A stretch of 64,000 nt of DNA from Xylographa opegraphella. Taxonomy: Eukaryota. Each line of letters opens with the position of its first letter. Position 1 is the stretch's first letter. The DNA lies in the NCBI GenBank assembly GCA_022813865.1, contig JALDZX010000074.1, forward strand, positions 1 to 64,000, written 5' to 3'. Shown here piece after piece: positions 12,445 to 24,181 of the stretch. The notes beneath the pieces were generated by a model. It did no database searches, was not told the origin of the DNA, and saw only the letters and a list, made by a program, of their open reading frames with translations. A program made the position numbers and the translations under genes.

Positions 12445-13512
12445 AACCGGCCAAGGGAGTCGAGGAAACAATGGCTTGAAACATCAGCTTGGCAGGGGGG
12501 AGGGAGAGGGTTGAAGCTCTCTAACGTTGCTTTGCTCCGGCGCAGACGCCGTTCCAGCTCGCATCGATCGATTATTATCCGGTCGCCCTCGTGTATACCT
12601 TACCTTGGGGACTGACTACGAATGCTGGTCGAATGCTGGTCGGGTGCATGCCAGGCCGGTGAATCCATCATCAGCTATTTCAACATGGGCGTCGCCGTGC
12701 ATCTCGCCCACGAACGCTCTGCTTGGCGGAGAAGTGCCAATTTCGCTCGGGCCTGCTCGCCCTCATGCAACAGGGGGCTTTTCACGGGCACTTCGGCGGG
12801 GCTTCGGGGCAAGCTCTGGGCCCTTGTTCCGACATCGGCTTATGTTCCCCCACTGAGAAGCCCCGGTGTTTAGGGGGCGAGGGGGGGGGGCTCTTTACTT
12901 GGTACGGAGTAACTGTCCCCACTAAATGAGACGGACTTTGCGGCGGTGTGACGGCTTGGCTGTTTAGCTGCGTCGCGGATGCTGGGCGGGCTTTTTGCGC
13001 TCTTACAGCAATAATGCATCGAAGGGAAGGAAGGCATGGGAGAGATTAGATTAGACAAGCCGGAGATCGGCGCCAGAGATTGTGTGAGCTTCATGTCGGA
13101 GGCTTTTCGGTGCTCTCACTAATGGGAGTGGAAGCAATGCGAAAAGCTCGTCAGCCAGCGCTGCCATTGGTCGTGGAGGCTGTTCTCAAACTGTCCCCGG
13201 CCAAAACGCTTTCGTCTCATTCCAACCGTCCCCTGAGCCAAGGTGGTGTTGGAAGGGCCTCCTGCTTCCGACTTGCTAGTGGAGGCCCATAATCTAATCT
13301 AATCATCGACTGGAACTGCCGATTCATCATCTCATCTCATGCACTTCCTCCATTCTTTCCCTGCAACCTCACAATACTTAGACCCGCAGCCTCCGTCGTG
13401 GACGTGCCCTCTGCTCCGGTGATGTTGGCAGACTTTTCCCCTGCTTACACACTGTGACCGAGTGCGTGCCCGTCCTCCACCACCGCCGTCCGACCGTGAT
13501 ACCGAATCCATC

Positions 13513-15126
13513 ATGTCCTCCATGTCTCCCGTCTCCAGTGACTCCTCGCCCTCGTACGAAGGCAACCCACGAGCCCTGGCTCCTCTCGCCCCCTCCTTCG
13601 CAAACGACCTCCCACCGCTCCCCCCACACTCCTCCGCACCGCCATCCCTCCTCACCCACAAAGAATGGGTCGTCCCACCACGCCCCAAGCCGGGCCGGAA
13701 GCCCGCCACCGACACCCCGCCCACGAAGCGCAAAGCCCAGAACCGAGCGGCCCAGCGCGCCTTCCGCGAACGCCGGGCCGCCAAGGTCGGCGAGCTGGAG
13801 GAGCAGATGAAGGAGATGGAGGAGGAGGACGAGCGCGAGCAGGCCGAGCTGCGGACCCACATCCACCGGCTCGAGGGCGACGTGCGCGAGTACCAGCGCC
13901 TGGTGACGGAGTACGGGCTGCGGATGAAAGGCCTCGAGCAGGAGCTGCTGCGGGAGCGGACTTCGCGCGTGGCCGTGCAGCAAGAACTCGCCGGGCTACG
14001 CGGCCAAAGCATTCCGGTGGACGTGGTGCCCCTTCCACCACGGAAGAAGGTGCCGGAACAAAGGGAAGCCATGACGCCGGCCCTCCTTCGCAGACCGGAA
14101 CTCCTTGGCGACGCCGCGATGGGGTGCGGCAACTGCAGCGCGGACACACGGTGCGAGTGCATCGAGCAGGCCTTCGACATGGCCCACCTGGCCAGCGAAG
14201 AGAACGCCGCCGCCGCCGCCGCCACCACCGCGTCGCCGAAGCGCGCGCGCTCGCCCGTGCAGATCGACGGCAACAAACGGCTGCGCTACGGCTCCGTGCC
14301 GGGCATCAAGCCCGAGGCCGACGTCGTCGAGATGGACTTCACCACCAGCAGAACTACAACCACCACCACCCGCCCCCTCCCCCTCCTCTCCCGCTCCACC
14401 TCCCAGCACCCCGCTTCCACCCCAGCCACCACCACCACCACCACCACCTTCGACAGCTGCGGCTTCTGCGACGACGGCACGAGCTGCCTATGCGCCGACC
14501 TCGCCGCCGACGAGCGCCAGCACGCCACCGCCGCCGCCGCCCGCTCCGACTTCCTATTCGAGCCCGCCCCCGCCGCGCTCACCACCCCGCCCCGCCTCCC
14601 CAGCATCGCCGCAAACTGCCCCGCCGGCCCCGGCAGCTGCCCGCAGTGCCAGCGCAGCCCGACGAGCACGCTCTTCTGCAAATCGCTCGCGGCCACGCGC
14701 GCCGAGGACGAGTGGGGTGGCGGTGGCGGCGGTGGCGGTTGCGCTTGCGCTGACGGTGATGATAATAACAATGCCGCTGCCTGCTGTCGTGGCCCCTTGC
14801 ATCCACATCCACACCCACAAACCCACATCCCCACCCCGTCGTCTCCGCCCCCGGCTGCTTCCGCCTCCGGACCCACCCTCTCCTGCGCAGACGCCTTCAC
14901 CACCCTGTCCCGCCACCCGGCTTTCGATCGCGCGAGCGACGAGTTGGCGCTTTGGTTGCCGCGGTTGGCGACTGTGCCGAAGGGTGGGGGTGGGAGAGGG
15001 GGAGGGGGAGGGGGAGGAGGAGGAGGAGGGGGGAGTGGAGGAGGGCGTACGGCATTTGAGATCGAGGCCGCGAGCGTGATGGGCGTGTTGAAGCTTTTTG
15101 ATCGGAGGTTTGGGAGGGGGGAGTGA
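13513..15126 (+). CDS. hapX: HapX iron-responsive bZIP transcription factor
   Basis: Hap4-like KEWVVPPRPKPGRKP, bZIP KRKAQNRAAQRAFRERR, Cys-rich regions CGNC..CEC, CGFCDDGTSCLC, CPAGPGSCPQC..FC and CAC..CC, C-terminal LSCADAFTTLSRHP and EIEAASVMGVLKLFDRRF. Start uncertain (ORF open from 13462). Confidence 0.93.
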   Translation: MSSMSPVSSDSSPSYEGNPRALAPLAPSFANDLPPLPPHSSAPPSLLTHKEWVVPPRPKPGRKPATDTPPTKRKAQNRAAQRAFRERRAAKVGELEEQMKEMEEEDEREQAELRTHIHRLEGDVREYQRLVTEYGLRMKGLEQELLRERTSRVAVQQELAGLRGQSIPVDVVPLPPRKKVPEQREAMTPALLRRPELLGDAAMGCGNCSADTRCECIEQAFDMAHLASEENAAAAAATTASPKRARSPVQIDGNKRLRYGSVPGIKPEADVVEMDFTTSRTTTTTTRPLPLLSRSTSQHPASTPATTTTTTTFDSCGFCDDGTSCLCADLAADERQHATAAAARSDFLFEPAPAALTTPPRLPSIAANCPAGPGSCPQCQRSPTSTLFCKSLAATRAEDEWGGGGGGGGCACADGDDNNNAAACCRGPLHPHPHPQTHIPTPSSPPPAASASGPTLSCADAFTTLSRHPAFDRASDELALWLPRLATVPKGGGGRGGGGGGGGGGGGSGGGRTAFEIEAASVMGVLKLFDRRFGRGE

Positions 15127-15237
15127 GTGTGTGGGGGGGGGGTGGGGGGGTGGGGGGTAAGGGAGGGGGGATTGGGGTGGGTGGGGAAATTGGGGCGGGG
15201 GGGGAGGCATGGAGGGATGGGAGGGTTCTTTGTAATT

Positions 15238-15238
15238 C

Positions 15239-15270
<32 letters not shown>
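15238..15270. repeat. (GATT)n microsatellite, about 8 units
   Basis: Seen directly downstream of hapX. Confidence 0.95.
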
Positions 15271-15370
15271 GGCTACGTGGTGGTGAGAAGGGGATGGTGC
15301 GAGTGAAATATGGCCTTTATAAATGAAATATGGCCATTATAAATGCTGAAAGCTCCGGCTACGTGTAAAA

Positions 15371-15610
15371 AGCGCGGAGGGATTCTTTGTATATTTCTAT
15401 TGCCACATGGCTGTGAGAAGTATAGTATACGCTTGACCGGAAACCCGCGAGGGAGAGCGCGGAGGGATTCTTGATACATTTCTATCGCTACATGGCTAGG
15501 AGAAGTGGAATGTACGATTGAACGACGTCCCATGTGGCAGAACGCGGGGAATTCTTCATACATTTCTATTACTACATGGCTAGGAGTAGTGAAGTGTGCG
15601 ATTGTAGCAT
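15371..15610. repeat. 85-bp-period tandem repeat, 3 diverged copies
   Basis: Copies start at 15371, 15456 and 15541 and share A.CGCGG.GG.ATTCTT..TA.ATTTCTAT..C.ACATGGCT..GAG.AGT. Confidence 0.9.
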
Positions 15611-15701
15611 TTCCATCGCGGATGCAAAAGCTCCTCATCTCCCCTCGCCGCACATGTTGCGGTCACCTTCACGCACGTCCATCCGCCGGCGACCGCTCGG
15701 C

Positions 15702-17371
15702 CTAGATCCGGCTGCCGCTCCTCCGCCGGTCCGCCCCCCACTTCTCGATCTCGAGCTCCCTCCGCCGCTTGTCTTCATAAGCCTTCGCCCGTCGCAACTC
15801 CCCCGCCGTCAATCTTCCGCCGCCCGACTTCGACTTCCTCTCCTGGTAACTCCGTGCCGATCCGATCACGTTCTTGGCCGCGCCTTTGATATCCGCCACT
15901 GCACCCCCTAAGACGCCTTTGGGTTCCTCGACTACTTCTGCGTTGGCGGACGGTGGTTGGTAGACGTTCATGACGCCTTTATAAGGCCCCGAGTCGGTCG
16001 CGGCCTGTGGCATAGGCAGGTCGGATATACCGAGGAACGTGCGGATGCCAGAGTGTCGGAAGAGCGTTGCGGTGCCAAGAGCGATTATCGAAGTGGTGGT
16101 AAATGTAAGTTGGACGCAAGCTGGCCAAAAGGACATGAAGAGGAACGACATCATTGGTAGACCGTATGTAAACGCATGCTTCATGGTAGGACTCATAGTC
16201 GCTGCATTGGAACTCCCGGTTTCACCGCCTCTCTATTGAACTCATTGTTAGTCCGAGTTCATGATCGAAGCTAAGAGCATGTTATTGCGAATAGGACTTG
16301 ACAAGTCAACAACCAGCTGGAAATATCTCAAGACTTCCCATAAGCAGCAGTCAAGGGAGAAATCATACTCGAGAAAGCGAGTGCAACATCGAAGCAAAAG
16401 TGCCATAACGGTCAGGCGTAGAAGAATGTAACGACTATCGTCCACTTACCTTAAAAGTATAGTACATCATTACACTTGTCAACATTGGAAGCGTGTAATA
16501 CGGATCCGCTACTGTAAGGTCTCTAATCCACAATATTCCCCCAGTATCCAAGCCTGGAACCGGTAGACTTGACATACCTTGAAGCAATCGGAACGTACCA
16601 TACCCCAGAGGAATTTGCAGGAAAGGTCCAAGCAGCTTCAAGTAGCTCACACCTTCAGCCTTCATGATGGTTTTCATTTGAGACGATAGTACCATCATTG
16701 TGTGTGTATCTCGTGTGTCTCTAGCGGTCTTGATTTTATCCTGTATTGGCTTTATTTGAGGCGTTGCGCGCGCCAGGCGACCTGCTTGATCTGCAGCATT
16801 GACATTCAACTTGAAAAGGGCGAGACGAACGAGGAAGGCGCTGAGGATTATCGAAGCCCACCACGGGGTTTGAGTCCAGACGTGCACATGCTCTAGAATA
16901 TATTCCATCATAGCTGTCGGGCCCCAGCCATAATCAAGACCCATGGCTTTCAAATAACCAATGTGCTCTTCGAGAGGCAGCAAATCAGTAGTCGTGAGAC
17001 TGTCGAGTGATGCCGCCCAGTCATCCTGCAAGACTCCTTGAGAAGAGGGCGCTGTGGATTCAACTACGGCTTCTGGGGTTGGTATTTTCGTTGGAACCGG
17101 AACCGTGGAAGCAAACCGAATGCAGGTCTGCTGGGATATCGTAGTAGTACGCCATAACTGCAACGAGGATTGTCCAAGAACACTTCGCGATTGCGCAATG
17201 CGGTTGTGCTTGAGGACTTGGGAAGACAGCTGGTCAATGACATTAGCAGTGAGCCGTAAGGAGCAGCTCGAGTACAACTTGTCTGATGGTACTAGCGAGA
17301 ACTATTGGTCTGCCTTTTCCATTGTGTGATAACTGGCTCGTCAGCCGGAAACTCCTACTGGCTATCATCAT
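15702..17371 (-). CDS. OXA1: Mitochondrial inner-membrane insertase Oxa1 (YidC/Oxa1 family)
   Basis: IGYLKAMGLDYGWGPT, PWWASI, LQIPLGYGTFRLL, GGILWIRDLTVADPYY; basic C-tail; introns near 17230-17275 and 16233-16449. Confidence 0.92.
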
Positions 17372-17946
17372 AGTTCTTGTAACCATTCAGTCTTGAATAA
17401 TTAAGTGTATGATTTCACGCCGAGAAGACATGCAAAAGTTGGGCAGCTTTAACCGAGATTATGCTGAAGCTCCGACTCCACGAAAGCATGGATTTCATGT
17501 CCTCGAATTTACTGGGCACTAGGTTTTAGACAGGCAATCGCACTAAGTGCATGGCAGTTGTTGAAAAACTCTTCCATATGGATTGTAGCATCGATTACTA
17601 TAAATCGTCCACTATATTTTCACTCTCCTATCATGGCAGAGGCCTTGAGTAATCTGCGAGACAGATCGTGTCTGTTAGACAGATCGTGTCTGTTCTCATT
17701 TTGTAACTTTTGATGACCTTCACACTGCAGAAATCATCCTCTGCGCTCGGACGACTGCTGACCCAGCAAAAATTATAACTCGGCGAAAGGAGTCATGATC
17801 GCCTGTCAAGCTCAGTCCCGGCCTCCATGCGAGAGCTTACTTTCGACTGGCTCGAGCCACAACTGTACAAACCCGTAGCCCAGTATGTACAGTATACATT
17901 CTATTTTCCATTCATGGTTGTCCAGGATTTCCCTCTTCCACGCAAA

Positions 17947-18432
17947 TCACTCCAAGCTCGTCATATCTTCGAGGTCACCTCCCGCTCTTCGTCTACTCTC
18001 CATCGGGTCGTCTCGAATTTCTATGCCCGGACCAACAGATCTTGTACTTCTTTCATTTGGAAATATCTACCAAACAATCAGTTACATGCGGTTTCATACG
18101 GGAGTGATCGGCTCGCTCAAGGCACTCAGAGTGGAAAGCAGAGAATAGCTTACCTTTGTACCAGACCAGCCCAGTCTGAATGCTGCTTCATGAGCAAATA
18201 GCTCCCCAAAACCTAACATCAGGCCATTGATGAATGGCAAAAGCACATTGATCGCGGCTCCACGCAGTAGACTCCATATTGTAGGAGGAGAATAGAGGAT
18301 TATAGGAGAGCTTGATGAGGAGGGCGGAGACGGGGAAAGTTCGTTGTTGGCGTCATAGTTCTCGCTGTCTGATGGAATGGTCAAAGATGACTCGGTAAGA
18401 TCTTGTGCATCGTGTTCGGTGCCAGAACTCAT
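17947..18432 (-). CDS. MIM1: Mitochondrial outer-membrane import protein Mim1/Tom13
   Basis: LLRGAAINVLLPFINGLMLGFGELFAHE.AFRLGW; intron 18067-18153; second exon IFPNERS...SLE*. Confidence 0.92.
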
Positions 18433-18715
18433 GATGATGCGACAAGAGACACTGGTATGAAGGCAGGTGAGAGTCTAGAACTATTGCTCCATGTCAAACA
18501 CCATCGGCGTATTCGCCGCTTCGCAGAGCAACTTGAACCGACCGATCAGGGTCTAGGAAGACGGGCCGAAGAAAGGTCCGAAGGCTAGAGCTTGGACCCT
18601 GAAATGACGAACATTCGACTGCCAAAGCTACCTAGCAATACTTCGTACCGGACATAAATTCTTGTAATTTCTGTGCTGAATCTACCCTATTTTCATACTA
18701 TACTCAAGAGAAATT

Positions 18716-20081
18716 ATGGCAGATACAGTTCCACAAGATGATCAACGCGATACCCTCATCCAGCAATTTTGCTCCGTGACTGGCTGTTCTCCCAGCGAAG
18801 TAATCCTTCTGTATGATAGAAAGTTTTCACTATACTAACACAATCTGCTATAGGCCGAACATTTCTTAAGCAACAACGAATGGGACCCTAGTCACGCAGT
18901 CACGGAGTACTATACGACACTAGAAGAGGCTGGAGCCGCCGGAGAAGCAGAGGGTTCAACTGACGACGCTGGAAATAACAGTGGAGCGACCAGTGGAAAT
19001 TCTGGACGCACGTTGGATGGTCGTCTTGTACCTCAAGCTATACCGACCGTTTCCAGTCAGCCACCAGGTGGTACGTCAAGCTCGAGGCAGCCTGCGAAAA
19101 AGAAGTTTGCTACTCTGGGCGATTTAAGTGGAGGCGGTTCCGGAGGACATGCTGGTCATGGACACGACGACGACGACGATGATGATGAGGAGGATCAAGA
19201 CTTCTTCGCCGGAGGGGAGAAATCGGCGCTGGCGGTACAGAACCCTGATGATCTAAAGCGGAAGATTATCGAGAAAGCAAGGAGGTTAGTGCTGTGATAT
19301 ATGCCACACCCAGGAACTTCAATCCTAACTTTGATTAAGAGGTGGCCAACGACCAGCCGATGAACCTTCGAAATCCTCAACACGATTCACTGGAACAGCC
19401 CGCACTCTTGGTGGCGACGACACACCCAGCCAAGTCATCGAAGACCCCAACGCCAAGGCTCCTAAGCCCGCTGTCCAAGTCGAACGGCGCTTGCACTTTT
19501 GGGCAGATGGATTCTCGGTTGACGATGGTCCTCTCTATCGAAATGACGACCCAGTCAATGCGGGCATCTTAGCCATGATCAAATCAGGGCGTGCCCCACT
19601 CGAGATCATGAACGTGCAGCAACATCAGGAGGTGGAAGTCAAGCTGGAACAGCACCAAGAGAATTACGTAGCGCCTAAAAAGCAGTACAAGGCTTTCGGC
19701 GGAGGAGGCCAGCGGCTTGGAAGCCCAACACCTGGGCCAGGCACACAGTCCTCACAGCCGGCAAGAACCTCATCTACTTCGACATCATCAGCAACTTCAT
19801 CTCAACCTACCTCATCCACGATAGATATAGACGAATCGCAGCCTACAGTATCAATACAGATTCGACTAGGGGACGGCACGCGCCTGGTGTCCCGTTTCAA
19901 CACGTCTCACACAATAGGCGACGTCTACGCCTTCGTCCAAGCGTCGAGTCCAGCCAGCCAGAATCGGCCCTGGGTATTGATGACCACGTTCCCGAGTAAG
20001 GAACTGAGTGACAAGGCACAGGTGCTGGGTGACCTATCGGACTTCAAAAGGGGCGGCGTAGTCGTTCAAAAATGGCAATAA
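18716..20081 (+). CDS. SHP1: UBX-domain Cdc48 cofactor Shp1/Ubx1 (p47)
   Basis: UBA-like N-terminus (QQFCSVTG), FFAGGEKSALAVQ, SEP domain LHFWADGFSVDDG, UBX domain IQIRLGDGTRLVSRFN..TTFPSK; introns near 18800-18853 and 19285-19339. Confidence 0.93.
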
Positions 20082-20474
20082 ATGACAGGGAGACAAAGTC
20101 ACAAGGACTTTTCGTTACGAATCATGAGCATTTTCTGCCGGGGTTTGCAGGATATTAGAACTTCCGTCACATGGATGGGTCATTGGTTCGTGATCGATGC
20201 ATAGAACCAAGTGGTATTTACAGTGCAACGAAGGATTACAATCAAAATGAGGTTGAACATTTGGTTCTCGATGATTAAAATAGTAATCGTGATGTATGGA
20301 CAGAGTAGCGAATTATACATCGGCAGTCAATTACCTCCAATACCTTACACGGGAGGTCGCCAACCAAACCATACGCGCTTGGAAGCCTCCCCTCACAAGA
20401 CATTATATCTTCCCACTCAGTGCCAAACTCCAGCTATCCGCTCAGTCCGAGCCACCCTGTGTCAATCGACACCA

Positions 20475-22107
20475 CTAAAACTCTCCTCCCTTCCCACCGA
20501 CGCCTCCCAGCGTCGCGGCGCCCCAGACGCCCACCAGGCCCCACATACCAACCCGCCATCCTCTCCACAAGCCCCCTAGGCCCTGGCCTTTCCTCCTCTT
20601 TCCCACTTTGCCCGTGCCTGCCGACTTCACTGCCGGACCTCCCCGCCCATTTACCAGTAGCGGCGCTGCATCGCCGCGCGAGCCTTCCTCGAAAACAATA
20701 TAGTAGGCTGTGCCGATGAGGCCTTTGTACGGAGCTGGTTCCACGATCGTGTGTAACCTTTCCGGGCGTGCGGTGGGTACGGTAGTCGCTCTGGAGAACT
20801 GCCCGTTTGAAGCAGGCAACGTAACGATGGCCATTTGTCCGCGTCGGAGCACCGTCTCGACAGGCAATCGGACACCGAGCTCGAAGACTTGTGATGCGAA
20901 AGTGGCGATTGAGTAGAGACTTGGTGTGAGGACTGGGTCAATGCCTAGGCCGGTGCGGAGGACCAGTGGGGTAGAGGCGGATATCAAGGTCGGGAGGGTG
21001 GAGTGCAGAAAGGTGACGGGGGCGACAGAGAAGGGAAGCGTCCACGAAGGGAGAGATTGTAGGGTAGGAATTAGTGATCGGGGAGGGTGTGTAGAAGGAG
21101 TAAGCATGAGTTTTGTCCGGACAATATCTAACGGCGCTAAGACCATGCCCGCAATGCCGGCGGCGCTGACGGCAGCGACAAGACTAAGTAGTGGGGACGA
21201 AGAGGAGAGAACATCCAAGCCCCCGACTGCTGAGGGGTTGTAGACCAGGTAGGAAGGTGATGATTGAGCTAAGGGAAGACCAGGGTCGGGAAGGGCGAGG
21301 ACGGCACAGAGCAGAGAGCGCGCAAAGGCGGTGATGGTAGAGAGAAGGACGCCATGGATGAAGGTGCTATTGGTGCCTTTCCAGATTCCCCAGGCCCCTT
21401 CGCTTGACCAGAGGTGAGAGATGACGGTGTGGATCGATGTAGTGGTTGGGACATGGTGGGCGTTATTGCTGTGCAATGATTTTCGGTGTGGAACTGGTGA
21501 TTCGGGAGATTGAGGACTGGGCGAATGGTAGCTATGAGAACGCCGGCCACGGCGGCGAGGCGATCGAGAAGGCGTATGAGGTACAGGAGCAGTAGAGGTG
21601 AAATAGGAAACTTCGTCGGAGTCGGAGTCGTCATAAGGTGTCTGAGATGTCGGTCAGCTTTTGTATCACAACATCTGCAAAGAGACGCACATCAGAAAGT
21701 GCTCCTCTATATCTCTCCGGCCTTCGTCTCATATCATCATTGAGGATTCCGTGTGCGTTTCCATCGGCAGAGCCAGCAAGTTGGACCTGCAGGACAGTTT
21801 TGGCGACCTCAAACGGCTGCGCCAGAAGCACGCTCGTATATCTCCATAACGCCTGATCAACCAGCCCCTTGACTACCTCTGCAGAAGTTGGCGAGGAGTC
21901 TGTAAGGTATTCTGAATAGTCGAGGTCCGAAAGTATATCTCGCGCTGAAGAGCCGAAGCTCGTCTTCGTATTTGCTGCGGATGATGCTTGGTTATGTGCA
22001 TATTGTGACGCCGCGGAGCCGGTCGGACCACTACCCACTGGCAGACCTACAGACGGAGGTATGTAGTAAGGTCGTAAAGGATTAGGCCCTTCTCGTGGTG
22101 TTGACAT
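20475..22107 (-). CDS. UGO1: Mitochondrial fusion protein Ugo1 (carrier-like outer-membrane protein)
   Basis: N-terminal EGPNPLRPYY, LLAQPFEVAKTVLQV, EGAWGIWKG, LPVETVLRRGQ, GQGLGGLWRGWRVGMW; one intron near 21640-21688. Confidence 0.9.
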
Positions 22108-22299
22108 TTCTGCGAGGTCCTAAGTTACTACAGCGGAGTCAGAAATACAGCATACAATATACAGCGACAAGGGTCTAGATTTCGGGCAATTTTCGGCGAT
22201 GATGCGTTTGGCCTTGCCCCGTCATCGTACAATTTTTACCACCATTCACCTCCTTGAATTATTGAAGTCCACAGGCGCTATTGGCCCCTGCTTTTGAGC

Positions 22300-22974
22300 A
22301 TGTCAATTGCCCGTCCTGTCTTACGCTTTTCATGCCATTTTCTTCCTAGATCACGGGTGGTGACCACCGCACCTCAGATCGGAACTATATCGCAAATAAA
22401 GGGATGGACGCACAATAGTACTGGAGGCGCAGCGATCGGATACACATCAGTGCCAAAGTGTACAAACCCCACATTCACATTCTCGAGAACGAGACGGCGT
22501 TTCTCGGTCCTCGCCCCTCTACAGCATGGCCATCTAACTCCACCTAAGCCTGGCGAAGAGTGAGCAGTCCTCCACGTTATCAACAAGCTCGGATACTAAC
22601 TCACTACACCTAGATTACATGTTACATTTATTGACAAGGAAGGGGACGAGCATAAGTTCGAGGTTGCCTCCGGCGACAATCTCCTGGACATAGCTCAGTC
22701 TGAAGAGCTTGAGATGGAAGGGGCCTGCGGTGGATCATGTGCCTGCTCGACTTGTCACGTCATTGTCGAATCCCAAGACCACTATGATTTAATGCCCGAG
22801 CCGGATGATGATGAGAACGATATGCTTGACCTCGCATTCGGATTGACCGAAACATCCAGACTGGGATGTCAGGTTAAAATGGCAAAGGAGCTAGATGGAT
22901 TACGAGTCCGGTTACCAAGCATGACGAGGAATCTACAGAAAAGTGACTTCGAAGGTGGGAAGAAGGGAGGTTGA
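22300..22974 (+). CDS. YAH1: Mitochondrial [2Fe-2S] ferredoxin (adrenodoxin-type)
   Basis: EGACGGSCACSTCHV...ENDMLDLAFGLTETSRLGCQ; Arg/Ser-rich presequence; intron 22560-22612. Confidence 0.96.
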
Positions 22975-23212
22975 TACCCGGGCTGTATAACATGTTGATG
23001 GGTAAGGATGTGTATAGGGAGGGTGAGCTGGGCAATAGAGGCCTACCTTCCACTTTAATTGCAAAGTCGCACCTCTGGCGTCACTGTAATCCTGTGTGGC
23101 TGCGATGTTCAGCTCTATTCTGAAATCTTATATCCCCATGAGTGCATAAGGGGTGCGGCACGCTCTTGTTACAGACCATCTCTACGATGATATCCTGTGA
23201 TGGCATCAGTCG

Positions 23213-24181
23213 TCATCGAAACAACCTTCTCCCTCCAAGTCTCATAGAGCCAGCCCCTGACAGTCCAAGGCCGAGGCTGGTTCCTTCTACACCTGCACCT
23301 CCCCCTTCACCGGCTCTCTTATATCTTCTTAGAGCTTCTCTAAGATGATCGGGAAGTATAGGCCCAATGTCTTGAACCTTCGCAGACTTGGCATCGGCAT
23401 CAAGTCTTGAAGAGCCTGTCACAGCTTCTGGGGTTGAGTGACTTGGGGACGGTAGGCTATTTTCCGCCTCCGCGAATTGCTTTTGCACCTCTCTGGCTCG
23501 CTCAATTATAGTCCCAATGAACACTTTCGTAAATCCGTTAATCGTAGTGATGACAGACGGAGGGACGGATTGCGACAGCGTTTGGTTGGTTATCCTGCGT
23601 ACCGTCTCTTTCTTCAATTTGACTCGTCGGTACATGTTGTACCGCTCTGCCTGGTCCTCGTTGAACGCGTCGATCAACACCGCCAGCTTCTTCTTTTCAG
23701 CAGCCCTATCGACCTTTGCTCCATCCTCGACAACTCCCTCTTCTCCGTCTGCATCGCCATCTACCTCCTCCCCGTCCTCATCCTCGTCTACCCCTTCAAC
23801 AAAACTCCGCCCATCTACAGTACCCTTGGCAGTCCCGCTTTTGACACTTCCATCGACCTTCTTCTTCCTGGCCTTGGCTTTCTTTCCGCCAAAAGCACTA
23901 GTTCCTACGCTTTGTTTGCCCGTGATAGCAGTATAGTCGCTGTCAACGCTGGGGGAGCGTTCATCCCTCGAGAGGACGGATTCTTCAGGAGGGAAGGAAG
24001 TTTGACGCAATGGGTGAGCGGATGTTGTTGTGGAGGTGGAGAAAGACGAGACTTTGCGCCGCTTTAATGAGTTCGGGTGGTTTGGCATCACGAGTTGAGG
24101 GCGTTTTCGAGGATTGGGAATCGTTGTGTGTGCTGGATTGGGAGGTGAGGCGGCCGGAGATCGGTATGGCGGGGAAACCAT
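23213..24181 (-). CDS. TAF11: TFIID subunit 11 (TAFII28 histone-fold)
   Basis: HPLRQTSFP, Q.ERYNMYRRVKL, TLSQSVP, KVFIGTIIERAREVQ, GPILPDHLREALRRY. Confidence 0.92.
   Translation of the reverse strand: MVSPPYRSPAASPPNPAHTTIPNPRKRPQLVMPNHPNSLKRRKVSSFSTSTTTSAHPLRQTSFPPEESVLSRDERSPSVDSDYTAITGKQSVGTSAFGGKKAKARKKKVDGSVKSGTAKGTVDGRSFVEGVDEDEDGEEVDGDADGEEGVVEDGAKVDRAAEKKKLAVLIDAFNEDQAERYNMYRRVKLKKETVRRITNQTLSQSVPPSVITTINGFTKVFIGTIIERAREVQKQFAEAENSLPSPSHSTPEAVTGSSRLDADAKSAKVQDIGPILPDHLREALRRYKRAGEGGGAGVEGTSLGLGLSGAGSMRLGGRRLFR

Noticed and set aside
13332..15210. Multiple alternative-frame ORFs overlapping hapX
   Set aside because: Stop-codon depletion in very GC-rich sequence; only the +13462 frame has domain motifs
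15371..15610. CRISPR-like repeat/spacer appearance
   Set aside because: Eukaryotic context, no cas genes, repeats diverged, and the 'spacers' are homologous to each other
15273..15653. 126-aa minus-strand ORF with internal repeats
   Set aside because: Translation of the 85-bp repeat; the period is not a multiple of 3
16233..16449. Long OXA1 intron as snoRNA or riboswitch host
   Set aside because: No convincing C/D or H/ACA boxes or TPP aptamer core seen
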